Assembly (NCBI GenBank): GCA_964484255.1
Contig: CAZAEH010000001.1
Coordinates: 4,674-68,673 of the forward strand
From: an uncultured Planctomycetia bacterium
Lineage (GTDB): Bacteria; Omnitrophota; Gorgyraeia; Pluralincolimonadales; Pluralincolimonadaceae
Reading direction: 5' to 3'
Length of the DNA stretch: 64,000 nt
Positions 43,090-52,858 of this stretch are shown piece by piece (position 1 is the stretch's first letter; each line of letters starts with the position of its first letter). The translations under genes were made by a program, and so were the position numbers. A model generated the notes under the pieces. That model was not told the origin of the DNA, made no database searches, and was given only the letters and a program-made list of their open reading frames with translations.

Positions 43090-45519
43090 TTACCTCCCCT
43101 CAATCTGACATAATTTTATACCCCCCGGACGCCATTTGTCAACGTGAAATTTAACCCCGTCGCTGACGGCTATGACAGCGCCGGAGGAGTTTGTCCTGTA
43201 TGCCTCTATCCCCCTTGCTTCAAGCGCCTCCTGCAGCCTCTCAGACCTTTCGATCTCTTTTTGCGCCTTTCCCTGGGATATGACGGCTATCGCGGGGCTA
43301 ACTGCGCCCACAAACGGCTCCCACCCTCCCTCTATCCCTCCGCCATGATGGGGCATCATAAGCAATGAGGATTTCATCTGCGCCGGGTAAATCATGGCTA
43401 TTTCCGACAGGGGTGCTCCGACAGCGTCCCCGCAAAACATTGCCGATGTCCCCTTAAATCTTACCTTCAGGACTACGGATTTGTCATTTACCGGTATATT
43501 TTCTTCCAGTGCACGGCCTGAAGCCGGATTCAGGCAAAATATCGACACATCTTTAATTCCAGCTATGCCGTCCCCCCGCTTAAGCAAATATCGCATCACC
43601 CGTTTACCGGAAATCAGACTGTCGAACGATTTGTATACGGCACTGCCCGAACCTGCGCCGCTGTCGAATATATACCTGACCCGCATCCCATCGATAACCG
43701 AGACCAGGCCTCCTACATGATCGGAATCGGGATGGGTAAGAACAACCGCATCCAATACCTGTATACCCTTACACCTGAGAAAAGGCAATACCACATCACG
43801 ACCGGCATCCCAGTCCTCCTGCCCTCCGCTTCCTCCGTCAATAAGCATATTACTCCCGCCGGGAAATTCCAGGAATACCGAATCCCCGTGTCCCACGTCC
43901 AGGAACGTCACGCGCAAGTCGCGAGAAGCCGGGGCCAGGGCATTTGCCCATGACGCAGCGGCAATTGCCGTGAGCACCACAGCTGCAAAATAAAAAGACC
44001 TGATATTAAGCTTCCTGCGTGCCATGAAAACCGCAATAAAAAGGTAATAGAACACTACCCCGATAATAGGCGGTTTCGACAGGTATATATGGCCCATGGG
44101 AATAGCCGCCAACATGGAATTTGACTTAAAGAGCACTTCGCACAGGAGCCATACCGAGGCGGCAAAAACCTTTCCCAAGGGCGGAAAAATGAAAGAAAAA
44201 ATTATGAAAGGCACGCTTGCCGCCGTTATGGCGAAAGAAAGCGGAACGGCAATAAGGTTCGATATGACCGCTATGGGAGTGACTATATTGAAATATTCCA
44301 GTATAAGGGGCGCCGTACCTATCCACGCGGCTATGGATACGAAAAAACATTCCGCCATGTAGTTCCTGGTACCGAAACGGGCTTTTATCTTAGGCATAAA
44401 ATACAATAATGACGCCACTGAGACGAATGAAAGCTGGAATCCAGCGTCAAACAGGGCATTTGGGTCAAAAGAAAGTATTATAACCGCCGCCAACCCCAGC
44501 GAATTCCAAAGTGACGTATCCCTCCCTATAAGAAGGCCCAGCAGGACCGCTATCGACATAACCGTCGCCCTTACCACTGAAGGCGTGGCATTCGTCAGTA
44601 TCGCATAGAATACAAGCATTACGATAACGGCCGGGATAGCCAACCTTTTGGGTACCCTGGCCATACCCAGAAGCAATACAGCTATGAAAGATATCATGCC
44701 TATGTTGAGGCCGCTTATAGCAAGAAGGTGGACGGTGCCGGTCTTCATGAAATCGTCATTTATGCCGCTATCGATATCCTGCCTCAATCCTAACAGGACC
44801 GCAGCCAAGAGGTCCGCGGGATCCCCCGGGATATACCTGTAAATCACCCGCCTTATCTTTTCCCTGTATTCATACGCAAGGCGAAGGACCGGATTCAATC
44901 TCTCCTTCCCGGCCAATTTCACATTGGAAGCGCCGGAGCTGAATGATGAAAATATGCCTTTCCTGGCCAAATAGGCGGCCCGGTCGAATCCGCCCGGGTT
45001 GGACGGGCCTGACGGCCTAGAAAGCCTCCCTTTCATCACCAACAAGTCACCGTAAGACAAAGGGAAGCCCGGTTCACCAGTAACCGATACTCTCACCTTG
45101 CCTGAAACCCCGACATACCTATCTCCCTGTTGGATCTGCCGAGAGGACAAGGTGAAATTGAACTTCTTGCCGCCGTAATATGCGGCGGACACGCTGGGTT
45201 CTTCGGTTATTACCCCTGATATATAGGCTTCTTCCGCCTCTACGGGAGTAAAATTGCTGATATGGTCATCCGGAAGCATTCGATTTACGCCGAGCAGTAA
45301 GCAGCCTATGAACAGGTACGCAACGGAAAGCGGAACAAGGGAGAGGTTCTTCCTTCCGATATTCAATGAGGCTATAAAGAGGGATATCAATACGACTGAT
45401 AAAGCAAAAAATACGGGGACCCGGATAATATCGGTTATCCAGATCCCCGCAGATATAAGTACCGCGATCCAGACTAAAGGATATGCCAAATCAGTTGGCT
45501 GGCGCTGCCTCCGGCGCAT
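43090..45519 (-). CDS. comEC: DNA internalisation channel ComEC/Rec2 with metallo-beta-lactamase domain
   Basis: Multi-TM competence domain. C-terminal FLDVGHGDS MBL motif. 809 aa. Confidence 0.8.
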   Translation of the reverse strand: MRRRQRQPTDLAYPLVWIAVLISAGIWITDIIRVPVFFALSVVLISLFIASLNIGRKNLSLVPLSVAYLFIGCLLLGVNRMLPDDHISNFTPVEAEEAYISGVITEEPSVSAAYYGGKKFNFTLSSRQIQQGDRYVGVSGKVRVSVTGEPGFPLSYGDLLVMKGRLSRPSGPSNPGGFDRAAYLARKGIFSSFSSGASNVKLAGKERLNPVLRLAYEYREKIRRVIYRYIPGDPADLLAAVLLGLRQDIDSGINDDFMKTGTVHLLAISGLNIGMISFIAVLLLGMARVPKRLAIPAVIVMLVFYAILTNATPSVVRATVMSIAVLLGLLIGRDTSLWNSLGLAAVIILSFDPNALFDAGFQLSFVSVASLLYFMPKIKARFGTRNYMAECFFVSIAAWIGTAPLILEYFNIVTPIAVISNLIAVPLSFAITAASVPFIIFSFIFPPLGKVFAASVWLLCEVLFKSNSMLAAIPMGHIYLSKPPIIGVVFYYLFIAVFMARRKLNIRSFYFAAVVLTAIAAASWANALAPASRDLRVTFLDVGHGDSVFLEFPGGSNMLIDGGSGGQEDWDAGRDVVLPFLRCKGIQVLDAVVLTHPDSDHVGGLVSVIDGMRVRYIFDSGAGSGSAVYKSFDSLISGKRVMRYLLKRGDGIAGIKDVSIFCLNPASGRALEENIPVNDKSVVLKVRFKGTSAMFCGDAVGAPLSEIAMIYPAQMKSSLLMMPHHGGGIEGGWEPFVGAVSPAIAVISQGKAQKEIERSERLQEALEARGIEAYRTNSSGAVIAVSDGVKFHVDKWRPGGIKLCQIEGR

Positions 45520-46480
45520 TCACGGCAGGTTCCATTACCGGCTTCGCAGGCTCGGTCTTCGGGGCAGGAGGCATGAGCACGTCCTTATATATTACCACCT
45601 TATTCTTCTCCTTGAGATCCCTGAGAATAGTGTCAAAACGCTCCTTTTGCTTATCCGCGAGCAGCATTTGCTTCAATTGGTCTTTAATCTCATCGAACGG
45701 AATGGTCTTCTCCGGCTGCTTTGCAGTGACCTTTATTACATGATAGCCGAACTGGGATTTTATAACACCGCTCAGTTGTCCAGGTTGGAGAGAAAAAGCG
45801 ACCGTCTCAAATTCCGGGACCGTCTGTCCCTTGCTTATATAGCCAAGCTCCCCTCCCTTGTCTTTGCTGGGGCACTTCGATTTCTCCTTTGCCAGTTTCG
45901 CAAAATCATCTCCGGCCTTGAGCTTTGCGAGTATGTCATTGGCTCCGGCCTCGGTGTCGACAAGTATGTGAGATACCTCAACCTTTTCCGGTTCCTTGAA
46001 CTTATCAAGGTTTTCTTCGTAATATTTCTTCGCGTCTTCGTCGCTAACGGTAACCTTGTCCTCGATCTCCTTACGCAGGTATTCCTTGATTATTATGTCC
46101 TTTCTGGCATCCTCTATCTGTTTCTGGACATCGGGGTCTTTATCGAGGTTAAGCTTTGATGCCTCGGAGTAGAGGAGCTTCTGGCTGACCACGCTGTCAA
46201 GGAACATGTCCTTATGCGCTTCGGCCATGGGCTGGTATTGCTCCGGTATCTGCTTTATCATCGCATCTATATCATCGAGCGTTATCTTCTCGCTTCCGAT
46301 CTCGGCAACTACTTTATAGTCCTTGCCGGCATGCGAATTGTTATCCGCAGGCTTTGCGGCAACGGGTTTATTCGCTTCCGGTTTCGAGGGCTCGGTCTTC
46401 GGGGCAGGCCCGCAACCGGCCACCAGGATACCCGCGGCGGACATCGCCGTGACTGCGGCAAAAAACCTTTTCATATACAT
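45491..46480 (-). CDS. Parvulin-type peptidyl-prolyl isomerase lipoprotein (PrsA/SurA-like)
   Basis: Lipobox LVAGC. PpiC domain (GGELGYISKGQ...FGYHVIKV). Pro/Lys/Ala-rich termini. Confidence 0.65.
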   Translation of the reverse strand: MYMKRFFAAVTAMSAAGILVAGCGPAPKTEPSKPEANKPVAAKPADNNSHAGKDYKVVAEIGSEKITLDDIDAMIKQIPEQYQPMAEAHKDMFLDSVVSQKLLYSEASKLNLDKDPDVQKQIEDARKDIIIKEYLRKEIEDKVTVSDEDAKKYYEENLDKFKEPEKVEVSHILVDTEAGANDILAKLKAGDDFAKLAKEKSKCPSKDKGGELGYISKGQTVPEFETVAFSLQPGQLSGVIKSQFGYHVIKVTAKQPEKTIPFDEIKDQLKQMLLADKQKERFDTILRDLKEKNKVVIYKDVLMPPAPKTEPAKPVMEPAVNAPEAAPAN

Positions 46481-46550
46481 GCTTCTCTCCTTTCGTATTA
46501 TCTTGTAATGGCCGAATAATTAGTGAACAAGTTTACCATAGAACCGTATG

Positions 46551-46913
46551 CTATTCAAGGACGATGAGGTCCTTTATTTTCTCAAAAGTCTTAGGGCCTA
46601 TGCCTCCGACTCTCATGATATCTTCCTTAAGCAGGAAAGGCCCGTGCGAATCCCGGTAAGAGATTATCTTGCGCGCCGTCTTTGGGCCTATATCCGGCAG
46701 AGCGGTGATCCTTTCGGCATCCGAGGTGTTGATGTTGACGCGGTTTTCACGATCTACCATGCCTTTCAGGCTTGAACCCGCCGGTCCCGCCGGGATAACG
46801 GCAAGTCGCGGCCGTATTACATAGGTCTTGAAGGCCAGTACGGCCAACCCCAGGGCCGCCAGGGCACCCAAGACTATCAAGACCTTTCTCTCCTGCCGCG
46901 TCAGGTCAAGCAA
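46551..46913 (-). CDS. comEA: Competence protein ComEA (HhH DNA-binding)
   Basis: [24 protein letters not shown] HhH motifs. N-terminal TM. Confidence 0.7.
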   Translation of the reverse strand: MLDLTRQERKVLIVLGALAALGLAVLAFKTYVIRPRLAVIPAGPAGSSLKGMVDRENRVNINTSDAERITALPDIGPKTARKIISYRDSHGPFLLKEDIMRVGGIGPKTFEKIKDLIVLE

Positions 46914-49302
46914 CTATACTGACAAGCCTCTTAGGCACTACGACGATATTCTTTACGGGCTTTCCATCAAGCCACTGTTTAACTTTCTCGTCCGAAAGGG
47001 CCAGCGCCTTAATATCATCATCGGCCATGTCCGATGGGACCTCTATCTTTGAGCGGACCTTGCCGTTGACCTGGACGGCCATTGTTATCCTTTCGTCAAC
47101 GAGCATCCCGGGATCGAATTCCGGCCAACCGGCCTTAAGGATGCTGCCGCGATTACCGAGAGACCGCCAGATCTCCTCGCAAAAATGCGGTGCTATCGGC
47201 GAAAGTATGAGTATCAGCGACGAGTAAACCTGCTTATCCGCGCCCGACTGGTATATTGCATTAACAAGTTCCATCATTGCGGCGATGGCGGTATTGAACT
47301 TGAACTCGCCGAAATCATCCGTAACCTTCTTTATCGTCCTGTGGGTAAGCCTGACAAGCCCCGGGTCTGCCTTGTCCTTAAGGTTCTCCTGTATACGCCA
47401 TACGCGCGCAAGGAACCTGAAAGCGCCCTCGGCGCCTCGTTCTTCCCATTCGAGCTCGGTCTCCGGGGGAGCCGCGAAGAGTATGAAAAGACGCATCGTG
47501 TCCGCGCCGTATTTCGATATTATCTCGTCGGGATCTACGATGTTGCCGCGCGATTTCGACATAACTTCACCGTCCTTTAGCACCATACCCTGGGTCAAAA
47601 GCCTCTGGAAAGGCTCGTCAAAACCCAGCATGCCGATGTCCTTCAGGAACTTCGTAAAAAATCTCGAATATAGCAGATGCAAAACGGCATGTTCGATGCC
47701 GCCTATATACTGGTCAACCGGCATCCAATACCCGACATCGGCTCTATCGAATGCCTCCTTATTGTCTCCGGGCGAACAAAACCTCAGAAAATACCAGGAT
47801 GAATCTATGAATGTTGCCATGGTATCCGTCTCGCGCCTCGCCGCGCCGCCGCACTTCGGGCACTTTACATCCGTAAATTCCTTTACCTGCGAAAGAGGGC
47901 TGCCCCCTTTTCCCGTGAACTCTACGTCCTTAGGCAGCACGACCGGCAGGTCTTTTTCCGGCACAGGTGCTACCCCGCATTTCGGACAGTAAATAACCGG
48001 TATAGGAGTGCCCCAATACCGTTGGCGCGAAATAAGCCAATCGCGCAGGCGCCAGTTTACCGTACGTTTTCCTATGCCCTTACTTTCCATCCATTCGGCG
48101 ATCTTCTTCTTGCCTTCCGTATTGGATAACCCGTCAAACTGTCCTGAATTTACCTGAATGCCGTCATTCTCATATGCCTCGGTCATCGTATCCGCCGATA
48201 GACCGGCGTCCTTGGGATGTATGACAACGCGCATCGGGAGTTCATGCTCTTTCGCAAAGAGAAAATCTCTCTGGTCATGAGCGGGCACAGCCATTATGGC
48301 TCCCGTCCCATACTCCATCAAGACGTAATCCGCAACCCATATCTGGACAGTCTCATTATTTACGGGATTGACCGCGTACGCGCCGGTAAAGACACCTTCT
48401 TTTTTTACGTCTGCGGCAACGCGTACTATTTTGCTTTCTTTGGAGACTTTCTCGATAAAACCGAGGACCTGCTTCTCCTGCGGCTTACCGGACACGAGTT
48501 CCTTCACGGCAGGATGCTCAGGCGCGAGCACTACATATGTACAACCGAATATTGTGTCCTGGCGAGTAGTGAAGACCGGGATAGTCCGGCCGCTATCTTT
48601 CTCCTTGAAAAAGATCTCTACACCCTCGCTCCTGCCTATCCAGTTCTTCTGCATCGTGATAACGCGCTCGGGCCAGTATTTGAGCTTCTCAAGGTCATCG
48701 ATCAATCTTTCCTTGTAATCGGTTATCTTTATGAACCATTGGTCCAACTCTTTTTGCCGGACCGGATTTTTGCAGCGCCAGCATTTTCCGTCGATGACTT
48801 CCTCGTTGGCAAGCGTCGTCTCGCAGTCGGGGCACCAGTTGACCACCGAAGCCTTCTTGTAGGCAAGCCCTCTCTCCATCATCTTCAGGAAGATCCACTG
48901 GTTCCAGCGGTAGTATTCGGGAAGGCATGTGGAGACCTCGCGGCCCCAATCATACGAAAGGCCCATCTTCTTGAGCTGCTTGCGCATATTATCTATACAC
49001 CCGAGGGTCCAAGTCTCGGGATGGCTTTTGTTCTTTATCGCGGCGTTCTCGGCAGGCTGGCCGAATGCATCATAACCCATGGGATGCAGCACATTGTAAC
49101 CCTGCATCATCTTCACGCGAGCAGCGACATCTCCTATGGTATAGTTGCGCACGTGACCCATATGGATACGGCCCGATGGATAAGGGAACATCTCAAGCAG
49201 GTAGTATTTCTTCCTGGCAGTATCGGTCTTGGCCCTGAATATACCGCTCGACTCCCACTCTTTCTGCCACTTTTCTTCTATACCCTTAAAATCGTAATTC
49301 AA
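46906..49302 (-). CDS. leuS: Leucyl-tRNA synthetase
   Basis: [15 protein letters not shown] and KMSKS motifs. The likely TTG start at 49302 overlaps the nfo TGA stop (TTGA). The ORF track extends to an ATG at 49386, inside nfo. Confidence 0.9.
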   Translation of the reverse strand: MNYDFKGIEEKWQKEWESSGIFRAKTDTARKKYYLLEMFPYPSGRIHMGHVRNYTIGDVAARVKMMQGYNVLHPMGYDAFGQPAENAAIKNKSHPETWTLGCIDNMRKQLKKMGLSYDWGREVSTCLPEYYRWNQWIFLKMMERGLAYKKASVVNWCPDCETTLANEEVIDGKCWRCKNPVRQKELDQWFIKITDYKERLIDDLEKLKYWPERVITMQKNWIGRSEGVEIFFKEKDSGRTIPVFTTRQDTIFGCTYVVLAPEHPAVKELVSGKPQEKQVLGFIEKVSKESKIVRVAADVKKEGVFTGAYAVNPVNNETVQIWVADYVLMEYGTGAIMAVPAHDQRDFLFAKEHELPMRVVIHPKDAGLSADTMTEAYENDGIQVNSGQFDGLSNTEGKKKIAEWMESKGIGKRTVNWRLRDWLISRQRYWGTPIPVIYCPKCGVAPVPEKDLPVVLPKDVEFTGKGGSPLSQVKEFTDVKCPKCGGAARRETDTMATFIDSSWYFLRFCSPGDNKEAFDRADVGYWMPVDQYIGGIEHAVLHLLYSRFFTKFLKDIGMLGFDEPFQRLLTQGMVLKDGEVMSKSRGNIVDPDEIISKYGADTMRLFILFAAPPETELEWEERGAEGAFRFLARVWRIQENLKDKADPGLVRLTHRTIKKVTDDFGEFKFNTAIAAMMELVNAIYQSGADKQVYSSLILILSPIAPHFCEEIWRSLGNRGSILKAGWPEFDPGMLVDERITMAVQVNGKVRSKIEVPSDMADDDIKALALSDEKVKQWLDGKPVKNIVVVPKRLVSIVA

Positions 49303-50147
49303 CCGCGCCTCATCTTTCTGACGGCCGCAAGATTGGCCCTGTCGTCTTTCCGGGTGTTTTTTGGGGTCTCGAGGATAAATGCGCAATTCTTCAGTTTAGG
49401 ATGGTTTACTATGCGTTTCAGGCCTTCTGCGCCTATCATGCCCTTGCCTATATGCCAGTGCCTGTCATTATGCGAACCCATTGCGCTTAACGAATCGTTA
49501 AAATGTATGACCTTTATCCTGCCGAACCCCACAGTGGAACCGATATCCTTCAGCATTGACGCAAAACCTTCTTTCGTCCTGTCATCATGGCCTGCCTCAA
49601 AAGCATGCGCCGTATCCAGGCACATGCCGACATCCGTTCCTGTCCGTGACTTTACGTTCTTGATTATCTCTGCTATATCCTCGAACCTTGAGCCTATGGA
49701 GCTGCCTCCTCCGGCGGTATTCTCGAGCAATATCATGAGCTTGGGGCTGGCTTTCCTTACGGCTACCGCCATTCCCTTCGAAAAGCGTTCTATACCGTAA
49801 TCCCGCCCTTTATCTTTCGGGCTGCCCAAGTGTGTCACAAAGTAATCCGCGCCTAACGCGTCGGCACGCTTAATATCTTCGATGTAGGCCTTGACTGACT
49901 TCTCCCAGAGGGCATCGTCCGGAGAACACAGGTTTATCAAATAAGGTATATGGACCACGACCGGGTCCATTTTCTTGAACCTGCGCCTCCTCCTGAACTC
50001 CTTAGCGTCGGCGGGCGGAAGGGCAAGCGCCGCCCACCCGCGGGGGTTCCGGCTGAAGATCTGGAAGGTGTTGCAACCCAACGCGGCGGCCCTGTCAACG
50101 GCCTCATATATATGACCTGCTATGGACACATGGACGCCGAGTTTCAT
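49299..50147 (-). CDS. nfo: Endonuclease IV
   Basis: [11 protein letters not shown]...GCNTFQIF N-terminus. TIM-barrel AP endonuclease, 282 aa. Confidence 0.85.
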   Translation of the reverse strand: MKLGVHVSIAGHIYEAVDRAAALGCNTFQIFSRNPRGWAALALPPADAKEFRRRRRFKKMDPVVVHIPYLINLCSPDDALWEKSVKAYIEDIKRADALGADYFVTHLGSPKDKGRDYGIERFSKGMAVAVRKASPKLMILLENTAGGGSSIGSRFEDIAEIIKNVKSRTGTDVGMCLDTAHAFEAGHDDRTKEGFASMLKDIGSTVGFGRIKVIHFNDSLSAMGSHNDRHWHIGKGMIGAEGLKRIVNHPKLKNCAFILETPKNTRKDDRANLAAVRKMRRG

Positions 50148-50163
50148 CGTTCTCCGAAAAAAA

Positions 50164-50239
50164 TGGTGGAGCTGAGGGGGATCGAACCCCTTACCTCCTG
50201 CATGCCATGCAGGCGCTCTCCCAGGTGAGCTACAGCCCC
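50164..50239 (-). tRNA. tRNA-Ala (anticodon GGC)
   Basis: 76-nt cloverleaf folded by hand. G3:U70 Ala identity pair. Anticodon loop AUGGCAU. CCA is encoded. Confidence 0.85.
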
Positions 50240-50379
50240 ACGTTATCCAGTTTCAATGGGGCGTCCCTGCGGGGCAGCCCCACGTTATAGGTCATTTGAT
50301 TGGTAACCATATCCGATTCACCCAAACAGAATAGAGATTTTACCACTTATTACCCTGTGCGTCAACCTCCCGGTTGCGA

Positions 50380-50408
50380 TTGACAATCCACTCCCGTAAT
50401 GGTATATT
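50380..50408 (+). promoter_or_regulatory. Near-consensus sigma70-type promoter for the nfeD-stomatin operon (TTGACA-17-TATATT)
   Basis: Consensus -35 with a 17-nt spacer. GCGGAGG SD lies 6 nt before the ATG at 50436. Confidence 0.45.
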
Positions 50409-50435
50409 CCTACTAACCTAACCGCGGAGGTTCCC

Positions 50436-51146
50436 ATGAAAAGGATATTTACGGTAATCATGCTGTTTTTGTCCCTCTGGCTGGCCTCTGCCCCGCTCTT
50501 TGCGCAGGCAGCAGGCAACGGCGTGACCGGCGGAGCCCTTAAAGGGATGTTGGACGGGCTCAAGGACCCTAATATCGTCTATCTGCTCCTTGTGATAGGG
50601 TTTTACGGCATAATATTCGAGATAGCGACCCCCGGCATATCGATAGGCGGGATAATCGGCGTGGTAGGCTTGGTCCTTGCTTTTGTGGGCATGAATTCCC
50701 TTCCGGTAAACTATACCGGGCTGATACTCATGCTTTTAAGCTTTGTGTTCTTTGTCCTTGACGTAAAGACGCCCACTCACGGAATACTCACGGTCTGCGG
50801 CATACTTGCCCTGACTATCGGCTCGCTAATATTGTTCAAGGCTGATCCGCAGTTCAGCAGGCTCTCCAAGGCATTGATCGCCGCCATAGTAATAAGCACC
50901 ACCGGCCTGATGGTCTTCATCCTGCCGCTTATAGTAAAAGCCCAGAAGCGCAGGGCGTCATCGGGTGTGGAGAGCCTTAGCGGTGCGGTCGGCGAAGCCA
51001 AGACCGGCCTTACCCCGAAAGGTATCATACACGTAAAGGGTGAGGACTGGTACGCCGAATCCCTCGAAGGAGAGGTCAAGGCCGGCGAAAAGGTCAAAGT
51101 GGAATCGGTTGAAGGTCTGGTGGCAAAAATCAGGAAAGCGAGGTAA
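50436..51146 (+). CDS. NfeD-family membrane protein (stomatin-operon partner)
   Basis: Signal/TM segments plus a C-terminal OB-fold (GIIHVKGEDWYAES...VKVESVEGLVAKI). Confidence 0.7.
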   Translation: MKRIFTVIMLFLSLWLASAPLFAQAAGNGVTGGALKGMLDGLKDPNIVYLLLVIGFYGIIFEIATPGISIGGIIGVVGLVLAFVGMNSLPVNYTGLILMLLSFVFFVLDVKTPTHGILTVCGILALTIGSLILFKADPQFSRLSKALIAAIVISTTGLMVFILPLIVKAQKRRASSGVESLSGAVGEAKTGLTPKGIIHVKGEDWYAESLEGEVKAGEKVKVESVEGLVAKIRKAR

Positions 51147-51148
51147 AA

Positions 51149-52006
51149 ATGGGTGTGATGATATTTTTCTTTGTTCTTATCGTCGGTCTTATAATCCTGT
51201 CGAATTCCATAAAGATCGTCAAAGAATACAAGCGCCTTGTCGTCTTCAGGTTCGGCCGTTCGATAGGCCAGCGCGGACCCGGTATAGTTTTCTTGATACC
51301 TATCGTGGATTCCCCGGTAATGGTGGACTTGCGCGAGCTTTTCCTTGAGATACCGCAGCAGACTTGTATCACCAAGGATAACGCGCCTATATCCATAGAC
51401 TTCCTGATCTACTGGAAAGTCATCGACCCGGAGCGCAGCGTCATACAGGTAGGGAATTTCGCAGCGGCATCCCAGGGTATCGCTACTACTACATTAAGGG
51501 CTGTCGTAGGCGATATAGCCCTCGATGAAGTGCTCTCAAAACGCGAACAGATAAACCAGATACTTCGCCAGAAGCTCGATGAGGTAACGGAACGCTGGGG
51601 CGTCAAGATAACTACCGTCGAGATCCGCGAGATCACACCGCCGAAAGACGTTTCTGACGCCATGATCAAGCAGATGTCGGCGGAAAGAACCCGCCGTGCG
51701 GTCGTAACCGAGGCTGAAGGCACGAAGGCCGCTGCTATCACGGTCGCTGAGGGTGAAAAACAGTCCGCAATATTAAAGGCCGAGGGTGACAGGCAGTCGG
51801 CTATCTTAAGGGCCGAAGGTTTCTCACTGGCATTGGATAAGATATTCTCGGTAGCCAAGAATGTCGACTCGAAGACCCTTTCGCTCCAGTATCTCGATAC
51901 ACTGAAAGCGTTGGGCCAGAGCCCGGCGACAAAGTACATATTCCCGATGGAATTCCTCAATCTCCTTGAGCCGTTCGTCAAGAACACCAGGGAGGCAATG
52001 AAGTAA
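51149..52006 (+). CDS. SPFH/band-7 stomatin-like protein
   Basis: N-terminal TM plus SPFH domain with an Ala/Glu-rich coiled tail. The start abuts the nfeD stop. Confidence 0.8.
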   Translation: MGVMIFFFVLIVGLIILSNSIKIVKEYKRLVVFRFGRSIGQRGPGIVFLIPIVDSPVMVDLRELFLEIPQQTCITKDNAPISIDFLIYWKVIDPERSVIQVGNFAAASQGIATTTLRAVVGDIALDEVLSKREQINQILRQKLDEVTERWGVKITTVEIREITPPKDVSDAMIKQMSAERTRRAVVTEAEGTKAAAITVAEGEKQSAILKAEGDRQSAILRAEGFSLALDKIFSVAKNVDSKTLSLQYLDTLKALGQSPATKYIFPMEFLNLLEPFVKNTREAMK

Positions 52007-52014
52007 AATATAAT

Positions 52015-52043
52015 GGGGACGTGTCCCAAAGTGACACGTCCCC
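52015..52043 (+). terminator. GC-rich hairpin (11-bp stem, 7-nt loop) immediately after the stomatin stop codon
   Basis: GGGGACGTGTC-CCAAAGT-GACACGTCCCC. The U-tract is weak (UACUAUCCUU). tRNA-Leu begins 10 nt later. Confidence 0.4.
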
Positions 52044-52053
52044 TACTATCCTT

Positions 52054-52140
52054 GCCGAGGTGGCGGAACTGGCATACGCGTCAGTCTCAAAAACTGATGT
52101 CCGTAAGGATGTGAGGGTTCGATTCCCTCCCTCGGCACCA
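52054..52140 (+). tRNA. tRNA-Leu (anticodon CAA), type II with long variable arm
   Basis: 87 nt. Perfect 7-bp acceptor stem. Anticodon loop CUCAAAA. 15-nt variable arm. A73. CCA is encoded. Confidence 0.85.
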
Positions 52141-52167
52141 TAATTTATCGTTTAATTTTTTGAGGGA

Positions 52168-52836
52168 TTATTTTGCTCCGGCTTGCCTCAAAATAGCAAT
52201 AATCTCCGTCCTACCCTGAGTTTCGGCCTCTTTCAAGGGGGACCTATAAACACCGGCACACCCGCTGCAATATTTCTTATTTACATCCACGCCCTTGGAA
52301 ATAAGCAACTTCACAAGATCCCTCTTATCTGTAAGTATGGCAAGTATCAAAGGGGTTTTCCCGCTTGGCCCGGCATCGTTAACACGCGCACCGGCTGCAA
52401 TCAGTAATCCAGCGATCTCTGTATTCCCATTAAATGCCGCGAGGGTCAACGGGGTCCACCCATACTTTCCCTTTTCGTTCACATCTGCTTTGCCCTTAAT
52501 AAGCTCCTTTACCACTTCCGTCCTGCTATTATCTACCGCTATCATTAAGGCGGTCTGACCTTTGTTATCGGTCCCCCGCGTCAGCGCTCCCTTAGAAACA
52601 AGCAGTTTGACCAGTTCCGCATTCCCTGCCATCGAGGCGATCATCAGCGGGGTCCTGCCATCGGAATCCTTGGTATTCAAATTAACCCTTGATCTGATCA
52701 ATTTTTCGCATTTTACGATATCATTTCCCTTGACAGCTTGGATAAGGTCATTTGAATCGCTTACCGCAAACAATGAACTCTCGATAGACAAAAAAATAAC
52801 TACCGCAAAGAATAATATCCATTTCTTTTCCGGCAT
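52168..52836 (-). CDS. Secreted ankyrin-repeat protein
   Basis: Signal peptide plus about five ANK repeats (DGRTPLMIA..G...VK.L...GA). Confidence 0.7.
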   Translation of the reverse strand: MPEKKWILFFAVVIFLSIESSLFAVSDSNDLIQAVKGNDIVKCEKLIRSRVNLNTKDSDGRTPLMIASMAGNAELVKLLVSKGALTRGTDNKGQTALMIAVDNSRTEVVKELIKGKADVNEKGKYGWTPLTLAAFNGNTEIAGLLIAAGARVNDAGPSGKTPLILAILTDKRDLVKLLISKGVDVNKKYCSGCAGVYRSPLKEAETQGRTEIIAILRQAGAK

Positions 52837-52858
52837 TCGATACCTCCTTTACGTCGGA

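Noticed and set aside
50318-50563. 81-aa minus-strand ORF
   Set aside because: It overlaps the nfeD promoter and 5' coding region on the opposite strand. It has no RBS and no motif. Likely spurious.
52015-52043. Hairpin after the stomatin gene as a regulatory riboswitch or attenuator for the tRNA
   Set aside because: It is a simple perfect stem-loop at the end of the operon. The most economical reading is a terminator or 3'-end stabiliser.
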